DNA of 63,955 nt, filler included, from Lenisia limosa (taxonomy: Eukaryota; Protista; Breviatea), in assembly GCA_001655205.1 (NCBI GenBank). It is 5 parts of 5 records of this genome, joined end to end, with 100 filler letters (N's around TTAATTAATTAA, not from the genome) between each part and the next. Parts side by side here need not be neighbours in the genome. Positions count along the whole stretch, not along the records: positions 1 to 29,060 come from LPNZ01011417.1; positions 29,161 to 40,656 come from LPNZ01008594.1; 3 more parts are not named here. One strand, 5' to 3'. Both the position numbers and the translations under genes were made by a program. Below, piece by piece: positions 26,354-38,300 of the stretch; position 1 is the first letter of the stretch, and each line of letters begins with the position of its first letter. Below the pieces are notes generated by a model. That model was not told where the DNA came from, did not search any database, and saw only the letters and a list, made by a program, of their open reading frames with translations.

Positions 26354-26420
26354 GTCAGTCAGGATTTGAAGCACTGATATTTCCTTGTCAACAGTCTCTT
26401 GTTGAAGCATAACGGATCAG

Positions 26421-29057
26421 GCAGAAGACGCGGCGCGTGAGATGTTGGCGTCAGCTGGAGGGCCTGCTCTTGGCCATGGCAACGGCAATGACGTCTTTAA
26501 TGTAGGCTACTGTGACATTGATTATTTATATTTCGCTGAGTACTCTTTTTGTTCTTTACAACCAGGCGCAACTGAAGAATGCCAATACCACAGCGTCTGA
26601 ATTTGACCAGCAGGTCATTCTCAACCAAAAAAGTGGGTGGGGTGCAATTAAATATGTGTCTTTACCACATTTTATTTCGTTATAATTTAGGAACATCTGT
26701 GTTCCTGGGCCTGGACTTTGAGAAAATTGCTCTCAGTAAATTTTGCTGCCACAATTCAACGTGAGGATGACAGTCCCCTTTCATTTTATTTTTACTCTGG
26801 GGTTGTTACCTGTTAGGTCCGCAGAAGATGCCCGACTGTCTCTTGCTGCGAGAATGCTTGATGATGCTTATAACGGCAGACCACTGGTATATCGACGAAG
26901 AGGAAGAGTGAGAGATTTTCCATCTGATTATCTGACGTTTTAGACTGTTAACAAGGCATATGAGTTCCTTGTACATCCCGTCTTTCGCGTGAGTTGTCAA
27001 CGTGCTTAGTTCCGATATTTACTCCTCTTTTGTCGCATTTCTCACCCCTTAGTACCTGAACTACTTTGCCGTCATTCTCCTCTGTGCCCTTGCCTTATGG
27101 GAGCAGCCTTCGGGCTTCAGGCCTGATTTTGCCCCTCAAACCCAGACTGAACAAACGGTACAATTTCATATTTGCTGTGTTTTGATGACCAAATCCAGGC
27201 CACTCGACTGTGTGAAATTTTTGCTGTGAGTCTCTTCTCGTTAGACTACCTTCTCAAATTACTTGTCAAGGTGAGAGTCATGTTGCCAAGTCGATGTGAC
27301 ATTTTTAGGGACGAAGATGGGCAAAGCGATACCCTGCATTGAGCTACGCTCTTTTGATTTCGGTGAGGCCTGTTCAATTTGTGACGAGGGTTTCCAATAA
27401 GCTGACAATTTAGTTGTTCATTCTTGACCTTTTCCTTATGACTGCGTTTGGTATCAAGTTTCATTTTTCGCGTGTTCTGAGACCAATAACCTTCATCTTT
27501 CTTGTGAGTCAATCTGATTGATATTCTTCATTAGATATAATTTGCGCCATTCAGATGTTTCCTTTGTTTTTGTGATATTAATTGAATAGCATCGACGTTC
27601 ACGTCTAATGCTAAAAACGATTATCAAGACACTTCCTGGTGTGGCGGACTTTGGACTCATGCTGGCTACTATCATTGTGATCTACTCCGTCATTGGCATG
27701 CAGGTTGGAGCACAAGAGTTGGACTGCAGCGTTAACTACCTAGTTCTTTAGCGGGCTTTATGATGACAATGACGGTTCGTTCGACACATTTGAGGAAGCT
27801 GCCCTCTCGCTCTTTGTTCTGACTACAACTGGTGGGATGCTTTTTGAAGAACGGCTCAAATTTGATGCAAATTTCAGCCACAAAAGGACTGAACTAAGTT
27901 GCCTTTTTCAATTCTGACTTCCCCCAGAAAACTACCCTGATGTTATGTACCCGGCTTACCTCAACAACAAATGGTCTTTGGTGTATTTTGTGTCCTTCAT
28001 AATCGTGGCCGTTTTTGTGGTTGTTAATCTGCTCACTGCGGTCATCTACGAGGCTTATGCGAGTGAATACAGAATCCAGGTTCGAAGGGTGTTAGTGTCA
28101 CCTTTGTCACTTTGAAAAATTTATCGTTTTGACCCTTTTTAGATTGTTTCCAATCGCATTAAGGAGAGAAAAGCCCTACTCCACGTATTCCAGCTTTTGG
28201 ACTGGGATAGAACAGGGCATATTTCGTTTGAAACATGGAGGAAGGTTTGTCACCGGATAGCGGAATCTTATGGGAGCAATCTGCTCCTCATTCCTTCTTA
28301 GTTGAGGACAGTCGCTTTTCAAAGTTATTCAGACAGGGTCATATTACCGGTTACATTTAACATTTTCCACTGTTTAACTCAAAAATCGTATCTCTCATGT
28401 AAAAATTCCAACTCCTCACCCCCTCAGTTTTTGGACCATCGATATGGCAAAGTTTCCGTAGCAAAGTCCCGGATCCTCTTTGACTCTCTGGACGAGGTGG
28501 GAGCGAGACATATCATATATAGAGGGGAGGTTGTATTTGTGGGTGAGACCTAGCTCATTTATATGATATATGATATCATATATCATATGATATATCATAT
28601 CATATATAGAGGGGAGGTTGTATTTGGGGGTGAGACCTAGCTCATTTTATTTTAGGACAAAAGCGGTACGGTTGATGCTCTTGAGTTCCTTGCACTCCTC
28701 GACATTTTACACCTCAAAGTGGGCTTTCTTTCTGGAGTGGAAGGGTAAAACTTATGTTCAGCCTCTAACTTTGACCACATAATAATAAAGTGAATATCTG
28801 CCGTTACCATTCCAAGCTTTTCACCGAACCTTATTTAATAGTTCACACGTGCTGTTGTGACACCAACCTCCCGGCCAGGGTGGATACGCAGTCTCATCTT
28901 CAAATGCATACCCCGAAGGAAGCTGCAGCAGTTCGTTTTGAGCCAGTAAGTGGCGAGCATTTCGCTTGAAGAGCCGTTTCGCTGACCCATTTAGAACATT
29001 CACCTCCATTGTGATGGGACTTATAGTGCTCAATATTGTTGTGCTGGCTTTCTCAAG
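26421..29057 (+). CDS. TPC1: Two-pore channel with EF-hands in the interdomain linker; domain II truncated at the scaffold end
   Basis: AARMLDDAYNGRPL; S1 YLNYFAVILLCALALWEQPS; S5 LPGVADFGLMLATIIVIYSVIGMQLY; pore FDTFEEAALSLFVLTTTENYPDVMYPAY; S6 VVNLLTAVIYEAY; EF loops DWDRTGHISFETW and DEDKSGTVDALEF; start of domain II FRTFTSIVMGLIVLNIVVLA. Confidence 0.9.
28509..28647. repeat. 52-bp direct repeat flanking a perfect 28-bp AT palindrome, inside a TPC intron
   Basis: 28509-28560 ~ 28596-28647 (1 mismatch); 28561-28588 atatgatatatgat|atcatatatcatat is self-complementary. Confidence 0.8.
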
Positions 29058-29060
29058 TAA

Positions 29061-29160
29061 NNNNNNNNNNNNNNNNNNNNNNNNNNNNNNNNNNNNNNNN
29101 NNNNTTAATTAATTAANNNNNNNNNNNNNNNNNNNNNNNNNNNNNNNNNNNNNNNNNNNN
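29061..29160. other. Artificial scaffold-joining linker
   Basis: 44 N + TTAATTAATTAA (stops in all frames) + 44 N. Confidence 0.95.
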
Positions 29161-29218
29161 TCACGCTTATAAGAGATATTGATATATACTTAACAGAACC
29201 TTTTTGTGACCTGTCAGA

Positions 29219-31751
29219 TAAAAAAACGCGAGAATGCGATTGAGAAGGCAAGCAAGAACGGCAAGCAGATGGCTGAAGCCTCTAAGACCTTGGAGAAGCA
29301 GAATCCCTGGATCAACAAGGAGAAGGAGTGGGGGGGGGGGTAGAATCCAAAAATAATAATAATAANNNNNNNNNNNNNNNNNNNNNNNNNNNNNNNNNNN
29401 NNNNNNNNNNNNNNNNNNNNNNNNNNNNNNNNNNNNNNNNNNNNNNNNNNNNNNNNNNNNNNNNNNNNNNNNNNNNNNNNNNNNNNNNNNNNNNNNNNNN
29501 NNNNNNNNNNNNNNNNNNNNNNNNNNNNNNNNNNNNNNNNNNNNNNNNNNNNNNNNNNNNNNNNNNNNNNNNNNNNNNNNNNNNNNNNNNNNNNNNNNNN
29601 NNNNNNNNNNNNNNNNGGAAATCAAGGACAAGCTCCAAAAGCTCGTGGAGGCTCAGGAAACTCTGTCACACTCCATCAACAAGAGCGTTCTGACTACCCT
29701 TGAGCAGTATGCTGAGATTAGTATTCCCATCGCAATATTTATAAGTGGTTTTTGAGAGTTTTGTTCAAAAACAATGTTGATCAATGAAGTATATGATATA
29801 TGATATTATATCATATGTATAACTAGTGTTAAATGTATAGGCCAGCTTTATCCCCCCCCCCTTTTTTTTTGTTTTTGCTTTGTCTCAATTTTCATCACTG
29901 ACTTATTTAGTGTTGAAAGCGAATACGATGCCCTCGTGGATAAGAGAACCGCCCTTGCCAATGACAGGTGAGAAAGGGGCAAGTTCAGGGGGTGCCTCTT
30001 GAAGCTGCTCCTTCTTTGTTCCATCTTTAACCTGATATAGAAAAAAGATTGAAGCTGCCATTGCCGATATTGACATCCGCAAGAAAGAAACAATTCGCAC
30101 AACTTACGAGAAGGTGGGCTGTAGGGAGTTCAATATACGGTGACTGGGATACATCTTGACCTTTTTTCCTTGGGAAATCACATAGCAAATCGGTCAAGAC
30201 TAATCCAGGTCATTGTTTAAAACAAACTGGGTGTTTTATTTGTTTTAGTCCATTTTAATTGGCGTCCTCCTATCCTTCCACTCCCCCCTCACAACCCAGG
30301 TGAACAAGTCCTTTGGTGAAATCTTCACCACTCTCCTTCCGGGGGCAAACTCGAAACTCACTCCGGGCGAATCGGGAGACGTGCTTGATGGCCTTGTGGT
30401 CAATGTGGGTCTTATTTTTGTGCATAATTGTGGAATAGTTCATCTTATATTATCATTGTGCTTGTAAATGTGATGTTGTTTGCAATACCTAGGGCTTCAC
30501 TTCGGTTTAATAAAAGACTGAATGTCTCGATAAATCCTCAAAAATTATCAATATTTTTTCGGTCTTTTTCGAACCGAATTGAAGCCCTGGCAATACCTCA
30601 TAGAAGACAAATTGGGCCTTGCTATTGTAACATATCATATCTGCTGTGCCTCGAAACAGCCTTGACTTACGTTTGTTTTTTTTTTTCAGTTTTCATTTTC
30701 TAGGTTGGCTTTGCTGGAAAATGGAAGGAGTCTCTCACTGAACTCTCCGGAGGCCAGAGGTCCCTTCTTGCCCTTTCTCTTGGTGGGGGATGATTTTTGG
30801 CTGTCGTGCTTACTGTGTACCAATATTTGTTTTCTTCTCTGAAGGGGCTTATTACTTATTAATCTCAACAAGATTCACGGAGTTTTAAAAGAAGCGTTGT
30901 TTAAAAATAATATGAGACATACAATGTACATATCGTCTTTTTCTTTGCTTTTCCCCCCTAGCCTATAACCAGCCAAACACATTAGGACTCAACCTCCCAA
31001 GCTCCTGACTTTTCAGTTCTGTCCCTGCTCCTCTTCAAGCCCGCGCCGTTCTACATCCTCGATGAAGTCGATGCTGCTCTGGATCTTTCCCACACCCAAA
31101 ATATCGGTATGCCATGAATATTATATAACCATGCAATGCCCCTTAATACACGAATAACGCCACGTCTTGTCCTGCATCAACGCACCCCCCAGTCTCCTAT
31201 TAAAATAAAACCTCAAAGCATCCCCCAGTCTCCTATTAAAATAAAACCTCAATGCATCCCCCAGTCTCCTATTAAAATAAAATCTCAATTAAAAGCCCAG
31301 TCTCCTATTAAAATAAAACCTCAATTAAAAGCCCAGTTTCCTATCAAAGTAAATCCACAATTCAACGCCTTAGCTTCTCAATGTTTACTGAGGTTCATTA
31401 AGACCGTTCTGACGGTGTAGGTACAATGATCCGCCAGCACTTCAGTAACGCGCAGTTTGTCGTGGTGTCTCTCAAGGAAGGCATGTTCTCAAACGCCAAT
31501 GCCCTCTTTAGAGTCAAGGTTTGTAGCGAATTCCCTTCTTTTTTATTTGCTTATGTTGAAAATGAAAAGGAAACATCTAGAAACTAGTAATGCTCTGCAT
31601 TAATTACACTTTTAACATTTCTAAGTTGACGTTGTAGTTTATTGACGGCGTGTCAACGGTGAGCCGAACGGTCGGTGCCCATGGCAAGATGAATGATGAT
31701 GATAATAACGTGGTTAAGACCGACAAGGTCACCAAGAAGAAGCGGAATTAA
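29219..31751 (+). CDS. SMC2: Condensin subunit SMC2, C-terminal part (5' end missing)
   Basis: [11 protein letters not shown]; [16 protein letters not shown]; [20 protein letters not shown] (signature); [27 protein letters not shown] (Walker B/D-loop); [19 protein letters not shown]. Stop TAA 31749-31751. Confidence 0.95.
30490..30589. mobile_element. hAT-type MITE family A, intact 100-bp copy in an SMC2 intron
   Basis: TIRs tagggcttcacttcggtt / aaccgaattgaagccctg; perfect 8-bp TSD gcaatacc at 30482-30489 and 30590-30597. Confidence 0.9.
31187..31362. repeat. 36-bp minisatellite (about 5 units) in an SMC2 intron
   Basis: Unit ccccagtctcctattaaaataaaacctcaa(a/t)gcat.. starts at 31187, 31223, 31259, 31295 and 31331. 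Confidence 0.9.
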
Positions 31752-32294
31752 ACGGTATTTGGACCTCTATTCCCGGTCACTGTATGTATGTTTGTATGCA
31801 TGTATGTAATATGTACGTGTATGTGTATGTGTGTGTGTGTGGAACCCTGACCTGGCTTTCTTTCACCACACAAGTTGGTTTTCATCCTTTCTTATCACGG
31901 ACCCCTGTTATTTTTCATTACCACTTTCACTTTGTACATTTTGACTTTTTAGGTTATATTAGTTTATGGAAAGTTGTAAAATGTTGGAAAGTTGTATATT
32001 GATGTATTTTGGAATTCTGCTACATGGACTTCCAATCCTAGTATTGGGGACTGCCGGGGGGGGGGGGGGNNNNNNNNNNNNNNNNNNNNNNNNNNNNNNN
32101 NNNNNNNNNNNNNNNNNNNNNNNNNNNNNNNNNNNNNNNNNNNNNNNNNNNNNNNNNNNNNNNNNCGAACTTCTCATGCTTTTCTTATTGTAAACTGACA
32201 TGGCCCTAATGTAAGATGAATCTAATACATAAAACCAAAATAATAGTACCATCAAATAAGAAAAAGGCCGCACCACTCGTGCCAACCAAAACCA

Positions 32295-35050
32295 TTACTC
32301 GTCGTTCACGCTGCTCTCTATGAAGTCATAGGACAAAATTGGTAGGGCTTCACTTCGGTTTGAAAAAAGATTGAATGTCTCGATAAATCCTCGAAAACTA
32401 TCAATGTTTTCCCGAGTTTTTTCGAACCAAAGAACCCTACTTATTACTAATAACCCATAAGCCAATGAGAAATTACCTTCTTACCTATTGTTATGTACTT
32501 TTTCCTGGAGTTCTTTTTTGCCGTTGAGAAAGAGTACAGCATGACACCTGATACCACCAGGAATAATGAAGTGCCTGAATTAATGAAACAGGAATAACGA
32601 AGTGCCTGAATTAGATACAGGAATAACGAATTGCCTGGGGTTAATGAAAAGCAATAATTTTGTCTACTGAACAATAGCATTCAAAAAAGGTAAATTTTGA
32701 GTGCAGAGAGGCCAGGCAGCAAACCTTTAGCCACAGTGAAACACTGGGACGAGTCATGGTCACAGAAGAAGACGCCGGCAAACACAAACACCAGGACGAC
32801 CTGAAGACCCTTCATCACGCCTGTAGTGACTGACCCCACTGTGCCGAGTAGGGAGTAGAAGGTGATGGAATGGATGATGTCGAGAATGAAGATGGCAATG
32901 AACAGCTGCGACACTGTCTCCATTCCCCAGTCCGCGTCCTGCAATTGTCAGAATTACCAAGTCTGAAACAGAATTTGAAAAATAAAGAGGGCATTTTCAA
33001 CAAAATAGACCTCAAGAGGATTGTTTTCTATCGAAGTGAACACCTTGGAACCAATGATAGTGATGCATGGAAAGAGTACCAACCAAAACCAACATCAATG
33101 GGATCTTCAACTCGCTCCTCCCAATGTGGTATGGTCCAAAAAACTGAAAAGTCAAAATAAAATCTCCATCGACATTTTACCTCTGTTTTACTTACGGTCA
33201 AATCCCTCATACTAAGCCAAAGAGTTCCATAAAATAATCCCCAGCAAGCAACATAAGAACATAATCTAACGGCGCAAATCGGATACGGACTGAAAATTAG
33301 AAGGAAAAAGTTTTGAGAGCAGTTCAGAATGTGTCATCATTATTATTATCCCCAGTCATGTGGGAATAATATATCAGACACTATCAGATAGCTATGTATA
33401 ATATCAGATGATATGTATCACATAGATATGAGATAATGAAATGATAACAAAGAGTGTATATAGTATATGATATGGAAGAAGCCGTCCACACCATCATGTT
33501 CATATTCAGAAGAGATATTGATGATCGTGTAATATTAATTCAGCCAAGCCTACTTATGGGCAATAGCTAGTTCGTCAACCACGTTAGTGGCTGCTGCAAG
33601 GAGGGTGCCAATGAGCACCACAACCGCACCAAGTACCACAGTAGGAGGATAGCCCCCTGCAGTGATTGTGAATTTGAAAAAAAATATTGGATACACACAC
33701 AAAAAACTCCAGTTCAAAATGTTAAACAGTATGCAAGACCCACCTTCCACAGTGTCCAAGCCAGACAGTACAAGTCCTAGTGTCACCACCACCACTCCTG
33801 TCCACTGTGCGGCTGAGAGTTTTCTCCCAATAATGATTCGGGAGAATACGGCGGTGAATGTTGTTGTACTCGCAAAGATGATGGTGTATATTGATGCTCC
33901 CGCCATGCACAGTCCGATCACCGTCAAAGCTGTTTCGTAAGCGGCAATATCCAAGGTCAATAACCAGAAGACAATCAAGGGGCATAGTTTTGATCTCCTT
34001 GACCGATAAAACACCTCAGTTCCTGCTTCACGACATCACCATCTGTTATTCAAATCAGCAGTGATATTTTATGTCTTGAATACACCCACTCACCAAATCC
34101 CGAAATATCCAGAAGAGCAATCGCCCAGATCTTGATAAACCGCTTCAACTAAAGATCATAAACCAGATTTGCATTTGAATATGACTTTCAAAAGGCATGC
34201 CAAAAGACCAACCTTTGTCGGTGGCTTGCTCCCTGGTGGTGGTAATACGCGTGGCATTTCCTACTGGATCAATGTCCATTGCTAACAAAAGAACACATGC
34301 AATGCTAACAAAAAAAAAAAAAAGATATTTACCGATTTCAAAACCAAACACTAATTAAGTCGCATACAATTAAATTGCTTAATATCACCAACACAGCCAG
34401 CATACCCCCTTCCCTTCAGCAGTGTACTTGTAGGGAATCAGAAAGAGGAGTAATCCCGCAACATAATTGGGCAGAATTGGCAGTAGCGTTGTCTGCTCTA
34501 AGCGACTAAGAAAAGAACCTGTCCCTCAATTTGAACGCTGATCACGACTGATGCTATTTGGCAACCAAAATATTAATTCGCATCATAAGAAGCACGGCTC
34601 TCGAGTTTAGGCCTCTTGTCCCAGCTTACCTCCAGCGCCAGCATAGCGAATGAGGTTCAGCACAATCGGCTGCGGGGTCAGTAAGACAATTGATAATGGG
34701 TTGGAACGCGGTATATTGATGAAACATCTCAGTATTAATAGAATTAGAAGCCAAAACAACGAAAATCAAAGCATTAGGGTAATCAACAACATAACAATAT
34801 GCCACACGCAGTTATTTGTTGTAGAACATTCCATGTCGAAATGCGCTGAAATCTCAACCCGCTTACTTGTGAAATGCCGGATATAATGTAGAAGAAGAGT
34901 AGCACAGTATTAAACGACAATAACTTCATATTGCCTTTAGTGACTCAGCGACAAATCACCCGCGATGAGAGCAGTAAATTGTCAGTCAACAGTGTTGTGA
35001 GAAAGGAGACTGAGGTCGGAAGCGGTAGTGCGGTTCTCCCGCGTTTAAAT
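32295..35050 (-). CDS. Drug/metabolite transporter superfamily (EamA/SLC35-like) multi-pass membrane protein; start approximate
   Basis: LTPQPIVLNLIRYAGAG; TTLLPILPNYVAG; GASIYTIIFASTTTFTAVFSRIIIGRKLSAAQWTGVVVVTLGLVLS; GSVTTGVMKGLQVVLVFVFAGVFFC; last exon ..SVNDE* (stop 32295-32297). Confidence 0.75.
32343..32439. mobile_element. hAT MITE family A, degenerate copy in the last intron of the transporter
   Basis: Left TIR identical to the 30490 copy, shared core gaatgtctcgataaatcctc, eroded right TIR, no TSD seen. Confidence 0.8.
32558..32637. repeat. About 30-bp tandem triplication of a 3' splice site and exon start
   Basis: caggaataa(t/c)gaa(g/t)tgcctg x3; each unit contains cag|GCA on the minus strand. 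Confidence 0.85.
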
Positions 35051-35388
35051 CGTATAACAGGCTTTACTTTTGCTCCCTTATTAAATAGGCATGGAGCGGG
35101 GGTGAGAGAGGCTGGGAAAACAATCGCAAAAAGGGTAAACACTGTTTGTGCCCCTTATACTCATATCTGTTTTTTTTTAGGTTTTCCTGGTTTTCCGGGA
35201 GTTTAAGAATTTTTGAGTGTTTTAATAAAATAATTATACTAATAAAGGTAAAAAGGTCATCAAATTCCAAGTTGTAGTATACCAGTCGCCAGAATGATGG
35301 ATTGTCTTACTATTTTGATTCTCTAAGCTTCCGTCTAGCTGTTTTTGTGATCAAAACTCAGTTGTATAGCTAATTTAACGACGCAACA

Positions 35389-38300
35389 ATGAGTACTCCC
35401 GCTCCTTTGCCAAGCCCATCAAAAAGTGAAGCTTCTTCCACCCCTGGTGTTGAGTGTATGCACCGTTAATCACATTGTCAGTTATAATAATTAATACAAC
35501 GAAAATTTGCATCCGTTTTTGTTCGAAATGGTCACCAAACTTACCTTTGATCTCTATTCAGTTGTTGTGAACCCCCCTCTTGAAAGCTTCGCAAATGTAT
35601 CCCCGACTGGTATGATGGTTCTAATAGTGACATTCCATATTTCTTATATTTCATGTTACTGTTTCATTAAGAATACCAACCTCCTGTTCTCATTTTGTTT
35701 CAACTTTTAAGAAACTTTCCCTTTCAACTGTCCTAACAGTTTCACACATGATTGTTCTTAACTGTTTCACACATGATTGTTCCGAACAGTTTCACACATG
35801 ATTGTTCTTACCTCCCTCCTCCTAACTTTATAGATGCAGGACATTATGTTGAGGGTTTTGTCAAGCACTCCCCTCCAGGTAGGGCTATGGTCCCGTTATT
35901 AATAAATGCTTGAGGTATATATACAATAACCGTGGTAAGTCGTATCAGATTTCCCTTTGGGAAAATAGGTCCAGACTTACCAAGAGTACATGCATATATT
36001 GGCCTTATCAAAGCGCTTTACTTCAACAATATACTCTGAAAAGGAGGAGAAACGGGAAATGCTTTTTTTTTGAGAACAATTCCACGCCGTCTTCACCCCT
36101 TAGCCACACCCATGAATGTTGCCGAAAGCAATTTTATTTTCAGAAGCCCTTCCTCGGTGAGTGGGCAGCGGGAGGGGGGCTTTAAGAGCATGAGATTAAA
36201 TACATTGGAAATATAATCAGTGATACAGGTCTTTACGGATGAGGCGGAAACAAAATGAAAATTGAAGGGGTTTTTTTTTGAAAGCTCTATTTTTTAAAGA
36301 TCAGATTGAAGCTACTGCACAGGCTCGTCATGTTGCACAATATACACCCATTTTCTTTGTTAATTGACATATGTTTCTGTTGTGCTATATGACATGATTT
36401 TTTATACTGCCATTTCCCTTGTTTCAATCGCTAACAGCATCAGTCACTAAAAGAAGAGGAGAAGCGTCCTTCCACTGACTACGACCTACCAGACCCTCGA
36501 GTCATGTTGGACCCTGCTGCCCTCGACACCACCGTGGAGGCAGAGAACAGTACGCAGCTTGCAGTACCTAGCTTCCCCCTTGATACTTCTTATTTATTTC
36601 TATAATGCTAGCATATGATTTCTTTCTATTAGTACTGGATAACTGGTAACATTACTTAGCAGAAACAAGTATTAGTGAGGTTCCTTTGACTCCGGCATCA
36701 ACTACAAAATCAGCCGAAGTGTCGGTTTTAGACGGCTCCTTTTCGCCAAAATCGCCCTCACTTACAGGTGAGTTATTTTTCATAAGCAAACGGGTGAAGA
36801 TGACAGGTTTCACTTTTTGTTGTCACTTTCCAGTAGATGTATTCGATCTTGATACATATACATACATCAATGCAAACAGATATTTGATTTCTGGTTTATA
36901 TGATTGCTTTGCAAAATGCCTTGGTTTAATTGTTCAGAAGTACCAAGTGCGGTTGTGACTCCTTTCCTGCCCTCTTCATACACACCAAAATCCCCTGAAG
37001 ACTCTATCCTAGAATCTTCAATCCATCCCGAGTCTCCCTCTATTTCAGGTAAGTGTTTGGCCATCTTATTTGACTTGTTAATCGAGCTGCACTTTCTCTT
37101 CAGTACAACGGCGTATAATATCATAATATAATATGAATGTCCAATGGGGACAAAGAGAAAAACAGTTTATTTTTTCTGTTGAACTTCAAAACCATAATAT
37201 ATCAACTCAGTGTTAGTTGTTGAAGTGATTTGGTAATTTCAATATGCATTTGAGGGTCTTCTTCAGAAGCAGTCCAAACTACATATAGTATATCAAATAT
37301 ATACAGTGAATGGGTTAAGCCTTGACCGATTTTCCTTGGGAAATCGCATAGGAAATCGGTTAAGACTTATCCCGATCAGTGTACGTATATGACTGATACC
37401 AATCAGTAGTATTTACATACAAAGAATCATGTAGACAGCTTTGAGCACCTCCCATCTGATTTGCTTAGAAATACCAAGTGCGGCTTCCACCCCGTTTCCT
37501 CCTCCTCCATCAGCGCCAAAGTCCCCTGAGGAATCTGTTCTAGAGCCTTCAATCCCAACCACACATGTTTCGCCCATTAGAGACACCTCCACTGCTCATT
37601 CCCTTCTCGAAGATTCCACAGCTTCCCAGCCAATTACGCAGGATTCGGTCCTCCCTAATCTGACTCCGGGTGGGTATCTTGCTCTCATATTGTGCTCATT
37701 CAGTTCTTTTCTGTATACTGACAGCGTTTGTCGTCTCACCACGTGTTTAGGTACTCCATCCCCAGGAACTCCACCGAAGACTGCAGAGTCCCCCGCAACA
37801 CAAAGCCCTCTTACGTCCTATCCCACGCCCAACCCCCCAGCCACCCCAGAGTCATCTCAGTCCCCTCCCCATACCTTCGAACCAAGTTCATCTATTTTGT
37901 CCTCTGGATCCTCAGATGCTGAACTGTCGTTTATAGCCCCGACAGATCTGAGCCCTATCTTTCCTGTAACCCCCCCTGTGTTCCCGCCTGAAACTCCACA
38001 CCTTCCAAGTTGGCAAGTTCACGGCAATCACACGTAATGTCCAGTATTTTTTCAATCTCTTTATGGGATGGAACATGATATATCGGAATATTACTGACCG
38101 CTCAGACCGCACCACGCCCTCAACTCCCTCCTTTTCTGGTTCTGCAATTCCAAGCTTCTCCCGGGAGCACAGTGTCACGTCGCCTTTCCCTCCCAGCAAG
38201 GTCCCTCCAAAACCGTCGCTACCTCTCCCTGATATTGTCCCTCCGCTGTCCCAAGAAGGTCGGTGATCCTTGTCTGTTTCTTTTCATTTCAGTTTGGTGC

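Noticed and set aside
29105-29116. TTAATTAATTAA palindrome recurring four times
   Set aside because: Always centred in an identical 100-bp N block, so it is an assembly linker. Gene adjacency across these linkers is meaningless.
31136-31420. ORF with PQSPIKIK repeats
   Set aside because: It is the translation of the 36-bp minisatellite inside an SMC2 intron.
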